DNA of 36,735 bases, taken from positions 1 to 36,735 of the forward strand of contig JACROO010000119.1 in NCBI GenBank assembly GCA_016214355.1, in the 5' to 3' direction. Below, piece after piece: positions 17,091-24,632 of the stretch (positions are counted from its first letter, which is position 1; every line of letters begins with the position of its first letter). The stretch is from Nitrospirota bacterium (lineage in GTDB: Bacteria; Nitrospirota; Thermodesulfovibrionia; UBA6902; DSMQ01). The notes below the pieces were generated by a model, which saw only the letters and a program-made list of their open reading frames with translations, ran no database searches and was not told the origin of the DNA. The position numbers and the translations under genes were made by a program.

Positions 17091-17668
17091 GTACTGAAAT
17101 TTTAACCTTTACTCCGGCATTCGGCTTGAAAGAGGATATTGAGTTCTCAACGCTGATTTTTCAGGCAGACTCAGGCAGGGAAAAACGCCGGTCTAAATGG
17201 TCAAAGCCGATACGTACTCTCGACACTTGGCTTGAGAATGAAAATGATGCGGCAGTAAATTTAATCTGGGAATTCTTTAAAGCGCGTAAGGGCAAGTTCG
17301 ATACTTTTTGGGTAAAGTTCCCGACGAGCTTTAAGGTTACAGGTGAGGCGGTCGGAGCAGGCGATGGAGAGCAGACAGTTTTTAATCTGGATTTTTTTCC
17401 GGTTGATACTGCAGCAGCTAAGGTCTACTTAAACGGCATCTTGCAGGTATCCGGTTATACAATTAGCAATGATCTTACAAATGAAATTGCCAAGATAACT
17501 TTTAGCATGGCTCCGGGTGAGGGTGTTGTAATTACAGCAGATTATGAATACTACATCCAGGTGCGCTTTGATGATGACAAGCTCTCGCGGGAGCTTGTGC
17601 AGTATAAGCTGTATAACACCACTTTAAAATTTAAAGAGGTGCTTTGGAATATTTATCAGGCGCCCTAA
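17087..17668 (+). CDS. distal tail protein, DUF2460/GTA g12-like
   Basis: ATGA overlap with the tape measure stop. FFKARKGKFDTFWVKFP resembles the conserved block of the DUF2460 family. Position matches. Confidence 0.5.
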   Translation: MSTEILTFTPAFGLKEDIEFSTLIFQADSGREKRRSKWSKPIRTLDTWLENENDAAVNLIWEFFKARKGKFDTFWVKFPTSFKVTGEAVGAGDGEQTVFNLDFFPVDTAAAKVYLNGILQVSGYTISNDLTNEIAKITFSMAPGEGVVITADYEYYIQVRFDDDKLSRELVQYKLYNTTLKFKEVLWNIYQAP

Positions 17669-17674
17669 AAAACA

Positions 17675-18553
17675 ATGCAGGATTTGACGGTTCAATATAA
17701 AGACGAAGCGCAGAAACAGGAAAACCGGCCTATTGAGCTGTATGATTTTTATTTAGGCTCGCAAGGATCCTGCGATGCCAATACGTTTTATTTTTGCACG
17801 GACAATAAAAGGTGCCAGTTCTGGAATTTAGACGGAGTCTTACAGTATTACATTCCGCTGGGAATAAAGCGCTCGGCTGTACCGGCAAGCAACCAGTTAG
17901 AGATTGAGGCAGTGTCAGGCGAGTTTGACAATGTGGACCGGGCATGGAGCAATTGGCTGAACACGATTGATCTAAGAGGCAGGCGGGTAGTTATTAGAAA
18001 GGTTTTTCTCGACCTGCTTACAGACCAGACGCATGCCAAGGTGATGTTTGACGGTATTGTTAATGCAGTTGCCGAGCTTACCGAGATCAGTATCAAGATT
18101 GAATGCAAATCAAAACTTAAGTCCTTGGCAGTGGAGACCGGCCGGATGCAGCAGCTTTACTGTAATTATATCTTCGGAGACGAGTTCTGCCAGTTTAATG
18201 TGGCAGCTACGAGAATAAACGGTCAGACAGCGGATGCAGGTTCAGCTACAGGGTTTGTTATCGATGCGGCAAGAAGCGAGGCTGATGACTTTTGGAATGA
18301 CGGCGTGATTCAGTTTACCTCAGGTGCTAATAACGGCCTCAAGCGCAAGGTAGTGGATTTCATTGCTGCCGAATACAAGCTTATTTTAGATTATGCTTTA
18401 CCGCAGGCACCAGCTGCAGGGGACACTTATTCAGTTGAGAAGGGATGCGATAAGTCTTTTGATGTCTGCAAAAATAGGCACAATAACCATGCAAATTTCG
18501 GCGGTTTTAAACACATTCCGCAACTGATAAATCCGATTAGCAAGGAAGAATGA
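17675..18553 (+). CDS. tail/baseplate protein with C-terminal BR0599-type domain (DUF2163-like, GTA g13-like)
   Basis: C terminus KGCDKSFDVCKNRHNNHANFGGFKHIP matches the remembered BR0599 signature (C..s...C...f.N..NFGGF..iP). Confidence 0.65.
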   Translation: MQDLTVQYKDEAQKQENRPIELYDFYLGSQGSCDANTFYFCTDNKRCQFWNLDGVLQYYIPLGIKRSAVPASNQLEIEAVSGEFDNVDRAWSNWLNTIDLRGRRVVIRKVFLDLLTDQTHAKVMFDGIVNAVAELTEISIKIECKSKLKSLAVETGRMQQLYCNYIFGDEFCQFNVAATRINGQTADAGSATGFVIDAARSEADDFWNDGVIQFTSGANNGLKRKVVDFIAAEYKLILDYALPQAPAAGDTYSVEKGCDKSFDVCKNRHNNHANFGGFKHIPQLINPISKEE

Positions 18554-21500
18554 AAAAGCTAGACAATGAACTCTTAAATAAACTGGTAGGCATTAAATGG
18601 CTTGAGGATGGCAGGGACTTTAATGGCACAGACTGCGTGGGCCTGATGCAGCTTTATTTTAACGCCAAAGGAGTTAAGGGAATTGCGCCTAAAATCAGCG
18701 AGGTTGAGCAAAGCAAGCAGGATGAAATCCTCAAAAAAGTTATTGAGACTAACACCATTGTAAGTAAAGACGATCTTCAGACAGAGGATGTTTTAGTTTT
18801 TAAGATTAATGATGAACTGCATGTAGGGCTTTATTTAGGCTACGGCAGGATGCTGCATGCGCGTAAAGACGGCAAGTCTAGGATTTCCCGGCTCACGCCC
18901 TCCTGGGAAAAATACTTTTTATTTGGGATTAGAGAAAAAGACGGACAAATCTATATCCCGCCTGCAGGCCCGCCGGCTGCTATTGCTGTTGCTCTGGTAA
19001 TTGCAGATTACGCTGCTGCCTCATTTATCGCCGGAGGCTTAATTTCCTTATCCTTAACGACTATAGGCTGTCTTATCGGAACGGCCATGATCGGCTATTC
19101 GATAGGCTTGGCGATTCAAGCGCGTCAGCAGTCGCAATCAGGCGGATCATCGGCATCGCCCCGCTATCAGTTCGGCGAACTTCAGACTACCTCAAGCAAT
19201 CAATATCCGGTGCCTGTGCTTTACGGAGAGGCGCGCTTAGCCGGGAATATTGTGTTTCAAAATCCGGTGATGGGTGGGGAGCAGATAGATTTATTAATCG
19301 TTCTTTGTCAGGGCGAAATTGAAAGTATCACCGACGTGCGCTTAAACGGCGAGCCGATTGGGAGTTTCCCGGGGTGTTCTTGTCATGAATTCTTGGGTAC
19401 GCCGACACAGAATGTGGAGGATGTCTCCGGTCTTGATTTAGACGGCATCCAGTACCGTAACACCGCCATGCTGCACGTGCATCTTGAGACTTCAGATAAG
19501 TTAAAAGGCGGCAGGCCGAATATTACCTGTATCTGCAGAGGAAGAAAAGTTTCAACCTGGACAGGCGCAAACTGGACAACATTAAAGGCATACTCAGATA
19601 ATCCTTCAGCTTGTATCCGCGATTATCTTTTAATGAAACTGCAGATAGGCGGGTGCGGATATTTAGGAGGCGACATCGATGATCTGCCATTTGCTGAAGT
19701 TTATGACTTTTGTCAGGAATTGGTTTCGGACGGTATCGGAGGTCAGGAGCCGAGATATACGGTTTCCTTCTGCATAGACCAAAAGCGCACGGCCTCGGAT
19801 AACTTAAGCGAGATGCTGGTGGGCTTTGCAGGGGCGCTTATTAGGAGCGGTTCAAAACTAAAGCTGATTGTCGCCAAGTCGCAGGCAGCAGTGGCATCAT
19901 TTGATGAAGACGATATCCGGGACTTAAGGATTATTCAAAAAGGCTTGGATCAGAAGATTAACCGTTTCGGCATTGAATACTTTGACCCCACACAGGATGA
20001 TGCGCGCATTTTAGCTTGGGGAGCAGAGGATAAGGTGGATCAGGATGAGCGCGGTTTAGTTGAGCAGACCCTAACTATTCCCTCAATTAATAGGAAGACG
20101 CAGGCCTCAAGGTTAAGCAACCAGTATTTTTATGAGCTGAAGCTTTGTCCTTTGTCAGTTGAGTTTACTACTTCATTAAATGCCGTAGGCCAAGAGATAG
20201 GCGATGTGATTGAGGTCACGCATTCGCTCATGGGCTGGACGAATAAACAGTTTATCATCCAGCGCATTGAGGAGGATGAAAAGGATGTCTATAAAATCAC
20301 CGCGCAAGAATACAATTCATCTATTTACAATGATCGGCATGGAGCGACTATCGAGACATTTGATTACGGCACTCCCGCAAACCCCTATGCCGCGGTTACA
20401 GATGTAGGCAATCTCGTTATCTCAGAAAGCGATTATTATCTGCATAAAGATGGTACCGTGGGTTCTGATATCTTAGTTTCATTCGACGCTCCGGCAGATG
20501 ATTCCCGCGTGTTTTTAAGTCATTATCAAATTGAACTCAAAAAGGGTTCAGGAGATTATAACGTTATAGGAACCACGAATAATACTAATTTTACGATCTA
20601 TGGGGTGGAGGATGAGCAGACTTATTATGTAAAAGTCAGAACCGTCTCAGTAAATGGAATTATATCAGATGGGACAGTTTCTTTATCTTTAACGGTGCTC
20701 GGAAAACTTTCCCCTCCGGCAAATGTAAGTAATTTTGGTTATACCTTCACAAGTGAAATCGTATTTAAATGGGACAGGAATACGGAGAAAGACCTGGCAG
20801 GATATGAGATAAGGTTGGAGGATGCAGATTGGGGAGTGCAAAACAGTAACCTCATATATAACGGATTAAGCAATAAATTCACCATTGTTTCTCCCTCATC
20901 CAGGACGCCGGGGACTTACTATATCAGGGCTTTTGATACTTCCGGGAATTATTCTGCAGCTTCACAAAGTGTTACGCCTACCAACGCCGCGCCGGGAGCC
21001 CCTGTCATTTCCGTTCTGCAGTGGTTTGGTTTCGCTAAGATAGAATGGTCGGACGTCTCAGATGCTGATCTTAAATATTACTCAGTCTACAAATCGAACA
21101 CAAACGCATGGGCCGGAGAGGAAATATTAGCCTACAAGACCCCCGGCACTGCAGTAATTGTTCAGGGAAATGCTCCTGTAGACGCCGTAGCCGACAGTGT
21201 AGGCGCTACGGGCATGACAGATGCAACACTGATAGGTAAGGGCGTAAATTATTTTGTCGGAGATATAATCACTCAAACGAGCGGTACGCATAAAGGGCAA
21301 TTTGCTACAGTTACCGCATTTAATAGCTCTACGGGAGAAGTATCTGTAGCCTCTTGGCCATCAGGGACCCCGGATGAAGGCGACCAATTTGTGCTTAAGG
21401 ATCGGGCTTATTATAAAGTTAGAGCTGTAGACAGTTTTGGTCCCGGAGCAGACTCTTCCGCAGTCACAATAGATTTTACTCCCTTAGCAGAATCTGAGAT

Positions 21501-22632
21501 CAGCGATGAAGTAATAACTGCCAGGAAATTGATAGTCGGTGAGTTGATAACATTATCAGCACAGATTAAGGATCTTGTAGTTACAAATGCCAAAATTCTT
21601 AGTCTCGATGGCAGTAAAATCACGGCTGAATCCATAACGCTTTCAAAACTAGCGGCCGATGCCATCCCCCCTAAAACATATTATCAAGATAACGAACCCG
21701 CGACAGGGATGAATGAGGGAGATTATTGGATTGATACAAATGACAGCAATAAACTTTATGTCTATCAGAGTTCGGCGTGGGTAGTAATATCACAAAGTGG
21801 AGGCGGAGGCGGTGTAACTACATTTAGGCAATCTTCTTGTCCAACAGCTACATCCGCAGGAGATCTATGGATAGATAGTGATGATAGTAAATTATATAGA
21901 GCAACGAATGCCGGTGACGATGAGGTAAAAGCCGGAGAATGGGTTCTGATAGACGCTGCCGTAGCAACGGGATGGGCGCACGGCTCTGATATAACCAAGA
22001 TTGACGGCGGAAAGATTTATACGGATTCTATTGACGCTGACAAGATAAATGTGAATCAATTGGATGCATTGGCAGTCAATACAGGCAGCCTGACGGTAGA
22101 TGAATATATAAAAAGCTCTGATTATGTGGCTGGTACCACAGGCTATAAATTGAGTTCAGGGTCAGGGTTAGAAATAAATACCGGCGTAATAAAAGGACAG
22201 GTTCTAGAAACCAATGCCATTTCAGAAATAATAACAGCTACTGAGACGAATAAGTCTACAGGCAGCACTAGTTATGTCAATTTGATTAGCGCGCAGATTA
22301 CGACCCCGGACGCAACTAAACTTTTAATATTATTTCAAGCAGGCGATTTAAGATTAAACTATCAGGAAGACCCATCCGATTGGATAGATATTCAAGTTTT
22401 AATTAATGGCGTAGAGAAAACCGGAGCCAGAGTAGGCGGGCTTTTTGCCGATATCGAAGGAGGCATACTTTTTTACAACCAAAGACTCCCAACTCAAATC
22501 CATCATTGGGAAGCCGTTAGCGCAGGAACATATACGGTCCTTGTCCGCTGGAAGATCGGAAGATCAGGTATAACCGCTTATGCGGGCGACTCTTTCGCTA
22601 TAAAACTTTCATTGATGCAAAATAAAAAATAA
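18550..22632 (+). CDS. fusion of NlpC/P60 peptidase, a hydrophobic Gly/Ala segment and a gpJ-like host-specificity/central fibre protein with FN3 repeats
   Basis: N terminus has the NlpC/P60 Cys (DCVGLMQLYF) and His (HVGLYLGYGRMLHA). Residues about 140-195 are hydrophobic (AAIAVALVIADYAAASFIAGGLISLSLTTIGCLIGTAMIGYSIGLAI). Then come a gpJ-like body (YPVPVLYGEARLAGNIVF...NPSACIRDYL), FN3-like repeats (YYVKVRTVSVNG; YYIRAFDTSGN) and W.D....LY repeats. Confidence 0.8.
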   Translation: MKKLDNELLNKLVGIKWLEDGRDFNGTDCVGLMQLYFNAKGVKGIAPKISEVEQSKQDEILKKVIETNTIVSKDDLQTEDVLVFKINDELHVGLYLGYGRMLHARKDGKSRISRLTPSWEKYFLFGIREKDGQIYIPPAGPPAAIAVALVIADYAAASFIAGGLISLSLTTIGCLIGTAMIGYSIGLAIQARQQSQSGGSSASPRYQFGELQTTSSNQYPVPVLYGEARLAGNIVFQNPVMGGEQIDLLIVLCQGEIESITDVRLNGEPIGSFPGCSCHEFLGTPTQNVEDVSGLDLDGIQYRNTAMLHVHLETSDKLKGGRPNITCICRGRKVSTWTGANWTTLKAYSDNPSACIRDYLLMKLQIGGCGYLGGDIDDLPFAEVYDFCQELVSDGIGGQEPRYTVSFCIDQKRTASDNLSEMLVGFAGALIRSGSKLKLIVAKSQAAVASFDEDDIRDLRIIQKGLDQKINRFGIEYFDPTQDDARILAWGAEDKVDQDERGLVEQTLTIPSINRKTQASRLSNQYFYELKLCPLSVEFTTSLNAVGQEIGDVIEVTHSLMGWTNKQFIIQRIEEDEKDVYKITAQEYNSSIYNDRHGATIETFDYGTPANPYAAVTDVGNLVISESDYYLHKDGTVGSDILVSFDAPADDSRVFLSHYQIELKKGSGDYNVIGTTNNTNFTIYGVEDEQTYYVKVRTVSVNGIISDGTVSLSLTVLGKLSPPANVSNFGYTFTSEIVFKWDRNTEKDLAGYEIRLEDADWGVQNSNLIYNGLSNKFTIVSPSSRTPGTYYIRAFDTSGNYSAASQSVTPTNAAPGAPVISVLQWFGFAKIEWSDVSDADLKYYSVYKSNTNAWAGEEILAYKTPGTAVIVQGNAPVDAVADSVGATGMTDATLIGKGVNYFVGDIITQTSGTHKGQFATVTAFNSSTGEVSVASWPSGTPDEGDQFVLKDRAYYKVRAVDSFGPGADSSAVTIDFTPLAESEISDEVITARKLIVGELITLSAQIKDLVVTNAKILSLDGSKITAESITLSKLAADAIPPKTYYQDNEPATGMNEGDYWIDTNDSNKLYVYQSSAWVVISQSGGGGGVTTFRQSSCPTATSAGDLWIDSDDSKLYRATNAGDDEVKAGEWVLIDAAVATGWAHGSDITKIDGGKIYTDSIDADKINVNQLDALAVNTGSLTVDEYIKSSDYVAGTTGYKLSSGSGLEINTGVIKGQVLETNAISEIITATETNKSTGSTSYVNLISAQITTPDATKLLILFQAGDLRLNYQEDPSDWIDIQVLINGVEKTGARVGGLFADIEGGILFYNQRLPTQIHHWEAVSAGTYTVLVRWKIGRSGITAYAGDSFAIKLSLMQNKK

Positions 22633-22649
22633 TCCAACTGGAGGATAAA

Positions 22650-22844
22650 ATGCTGGAAGAATTGAAGCAGCAGTTAAAGCGGCTGGAAGGTACGGCCATA
22701 CAGTTGAAGGAATCACAAGAAAAGGCAAAGATAGCCTATTGGCAAGCCGTAGGCCGGATAGCGCAGCTGGAAGAGGTTATCGAAATGTTGAAACAAGGGG
22801 CGGAGAAAAACAAGACCGAGAATCCGGAGGGAGAGAAGAAATGA
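22650..22844 (+). CDS. small coiled-coil protein, 64 aa
   Basis: SD TGGAGGA upstream. Sequence is all heptad-like helix. Confidence 0.5.
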   Translation: MLEELKQQLKRLEGTAIQLKESQEKAKIAYWQAVGRIAQLEEVIEMLKQGAEKNKTENPEGEKK

Positions 22845-23056
22845 ATGGCGAAACCAAAACGAGATTAAAAGCCGGGTTTGTAGGTGCGATCATTACTTTA
22901 ATCCTTACTCTTACCGGGATTGCCTTTGGATATGGGCAATTGAATAACAGGGTGGACGCGATGGAATCAAGGGTAAGCTGTATCGAGGAGATCAGGGAGC
23001 GCCTGGTAAGGGTCGAGACGCTTGTAGAGCGGATAGATAAGAAAATCGGAAATTAA
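22841..23056 (+). CDS. single-pass membrane protein with coiled-coil tail (holin/spanin-like candidate)
   Basis: ATG 22841 overlaps the upstream stop (ATGA). TM segment is GFVGAIITLILTLTGIAFGY. The track's longer 22739 start would overlap the preceding gene. Confidence 0.5.
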   Translation: MNGETKTRLKAGFVGAIITLILTLTGIAFGYGQLNNRVDAMESRVSCIEEIRERLVRVETLVERIDKKIGN

Positions 23057-23068
23057 GGGGGTGGAAAA

Positions 23069-23179
23069 ATGAAGGTATTGATAGCTTTTATTCTCGGGAA
23101 CATTGTTGGCGGGCTGGGGATGTTTTTCTATCTGTGGCTGAAAGGCAAGGTGCAGGATGTCGGAAACAGAAAAATTTAG
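23069..23179 (+). CDS. 36-aa single-pass membrane peptide (below track cutoff)
   Basis: SD AAGGGGGTGG precedes ATG 23069. Product is MKVLIAFILGNIVGGLGMFFYLWLKGKVQDVGNRKI. Confidence 0.4.
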   Translation: MKVLIAFILGNIVGGLGMFFYLWLKGKVQDVGNRKI

Positions 23180-23489
23180 TTTACTCAAATTCGCCGGAAG
23201 TTTCTTTCAATTCTTGCCATGGGCAAAGACCCTACGTTATGCGGCCGGAATTGCACTTATCGGCTTTGTGGGCCTGACAATTTACCGGGCGTTCTTTATG
23301 CCTACGCAGACCACTAAACAGATCACACATATCATCGCTCAGCCAGGCGCGCAGGTGACAGTAGATCAGAAACGCGAAGAGAAAAAGCCAGGCGTCGAAG
23401 TTCATCCTTTCGTTGAGGGATATGGTTTTGCGGAATCTGACAATCGGAAGGGTGTAGGTGCTAAGGCAGGGGTGCAGGTTAATTTCTGA
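23157..23489 (+). CDS. membrane-anchored protein, 110 aa
   Basis: One TM segment (YAAGIALIGFVGLTIYRAFF). No domain recognised. Confidence 0.5.
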   Translation: MSETEKFSLLKFAGSFFQFLPWAKTLRYAAGIALIGFVGLTIYRAFFMPTQTTKQITHIIAQPGAQVTVDQKREEKKPGVEVHPFVEGYGFAESDNRKGVGAKAGVQVNF

Positions 23490-23551
23490 AAAATGCCTTG
23501 CCAACCATGAAACTCTATGGCTTACTCACCGCTTGAAAGGAGACCATAGAG

Positions 23552-23731
23552 ATGAATAGAGAAGAAATCGTCGCGAAAATCAAAAACAAATTGCAATATC
23601 CCAAGACGACACTGCAGTTGTTTGCGGAATTGAAAGCAGGTAGAAGGAAGCGGGTACCGGATTATTTTATCGCGGATGCGTTGAAAGAACTCGATAGAGT
23701 GGTTCGGCTTTTGAACAAGCTTGTGAAATAG
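23552..23731 (+). CDS. small helical protein, 59 aa (below track cutoff)
   Basis: SD GAAAGGAG (23535-42). Product is MNREEIVAKIKNKLQYPKTTLQLFAELKAGRRKRVPDYFIADALKELDRVVRLLNKLVK. Followed by a hairpin plus T-run. Confidence 0.45.
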   Translation: MNREEIVAKIKNKLQYPKTTLQLFAELKAGRRKRVPDYFIADALKELDRVVRLLNKLVK

Positions 23732-23757
23732 GAGCGCAAAGATATTAATATTCCATG

Positions 23758-23793
23758 GACCTCTGTTAGTTTTAATGACTGACGGAGGTTTTA
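23758..23793 (+). terminator. terminator candidate at the phage-host transition
   Basis: GACCTCTGTT (23758-67) pairs with GACGGAGGTT (23781-90): 10 bp including 3 G.U pairs, running into TTTT. Confidence 0.4.
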
Positions 23794-23806
23794 GCGTAGA
23801 AAACCC

Positions 23807-23835
23807 TTGCAGATAAAATGTTATTGGATTAAAAT
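23807..23835 (+). promoter_or_regulatory. sigma70-like promoter candidate for the two-component operon
   Basis: TTGCAG (23807-12), a 17-nt spacer, then TAAAAT (23830-35). Confidence 0.4.
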
Positions 23836-23847
23836 AAGACCTGTATA

Positions 23848-23940
23848 AGGGTCTGAGGAGAATAACTTTCCTCGGAGGTGAAATTCATTGATGGTCGGGC
23901 CGCCATCTTGCAGTTTTGCTGCAGGATGGCGTTTTACTTT
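23848..23940 (+). promoter_or_regulatory. conserved leader element, copy 1 (SD hairpin + invariant 21-mer + terminator)
   Basis: AGGGTC. Hairpin 23853-59/23869-75 overlaps GGAGG (23874-78). 21-mer TTGATGGTCGGGCCGCCATCT is at 23888-23908. A 12-bp stem (23902-13/23919-30) is followed by GTTTTACTTT. The same architecture is found at 29453-29543. Confidence 0.6.
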
Positions 23941-23977
23941 AAGAGTAACCACACAATCACGATGCGTATACTATTAG
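23891..23977 (+). CDS. candidate leader peptide MVGPPSCSFAAGWRFTLRVTTQSRCVYY
   Basis: ATG lies 12 nt after GGAGG. The first six codons are identical in nucleotides to the copy-2 mini-ORF. The ORF runs through the terminator and ends 16 nt inside the response-regulator gene. Confidence 0.35.
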   Translation: MVGPPSCSFAAGWRFTLRVTTQSRCVYY

Positions 23978-24630
23978 TAGAAGACGAAAAAAATATGGCA
24001 AGTTTTATCAAGCGCGGGCTTGAAGAGGAGCGCTATGTAGTCGATGTTGCCTCTAACGGGGAGAAGGCGCTTTTCTTGGCGGAAACAAATCCCTACGATT
24101 TGATAATTCTTGATGTAATGCTTCCGGATACTACCGGTCTTGTTATTTGTAAGGATTTGCGGGCTAAGAAAATAGACACTTTCATTCTCATGCTTACTGC
24201 TCGCGATGACGTTAAAGATAAAGTATTGGGCCTTGAGACTGGAGCGGACGACTATTTGGCTAAACCGTTTGATTTCGATGAGCTTCTAGCGCGGATTGCC
24301 GCGCTTTTACGCAGGAAACGCCTAGATAAAAGCCCTATTCTTAAGGTCGCGGATCTTGAATTAAACCAACTTACCCATAAAATCATACGGGCTAAAAAAG
24401 AGATAGTCTTGACCGGTAAGGAATATAGCTTACTTGAGTATCTCATGCTCCATGCCAATCAAGTAGTAACGAGGACTGAGATATCGGAACACGTTTGGAA
24501 CGAGGATTTTGACAGCTTGACCAATGTCATAGATGTATTTATAAACCGGTTGCGTAACAAGATTGACCAAGGTTTTAAGAAAAAGCTTATTCATTCTCTT
24601 CGCGGTACGGGCTACATACTTAAGGAATAA
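23962..24630 (+). CDS. OmpR/PhoB-family response regulator
   Basis: The receiver domain starts at MRILLVEDEK, with the ...DLIILDVMLPD phospho-acceptor region. C-terminal winged helix: LTGKEYSLLEYLM...VIDVFINRLRNKI...IHSLRGTGY. Confidence 0.9.
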   Translation: MRILLVEDEKNMASFIKRGLEEERYVVDVASNGEKALFLAETNPYDLIILDVMLPDTTGLVICKDLRAKKIDTFILMLTARDDVKDKVLGLETGADDYLAKPFDFDELLARIAALLRRKRLDKSPILKVADLELNQLTHKIIRAKKEIVLTGKEYSLLEYLMLHANQVVTRTEISEHVWNEDFDSLTNVIDVFINRLRNKIDQGFKKKLIHSLRGTGYILKE

Positions 24631-24632
24631 CG

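Noticed and set aside
18550-18950. The NlpC/P60 domain could be the phage endolysin.
   Set aside because: It is the N terminus of the 1360-aa tail-tip protein, in one continuous frame with an ATGA-coupled start in the tail operon. It is most likely a virion-associated entry peptidase rather than the lysis enzyme.
23848-23940. Resemblance of ...hairpin...TGATGG(T)C... to the 3' part of the fluoride (crcB) riboswitch (hairpin followed by CUGAUGGCCUC).
   Set aside because: The upstream P1 stem and the complementary pseudoknot partner required by that motif are not present in either copy, and the downstream genes are not fluoride-related. I treat the similarity as coincidental.
23878-23961. The ORF-track start (GTG 23878) gives the response regulator a 28-residue N-terminal extension (MKFIDGRAAILQFCCRMAFYFKSNHTIT).
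   Set aside because: The receiver domain begins at the canonical MRILLVEDE (ATG 23962). The extension lies exactly over the conserved leader element and terminator. In leader copy 2 the equivalent frame hits TGA straight after the 21-mer, so the open frame here looks accidental.
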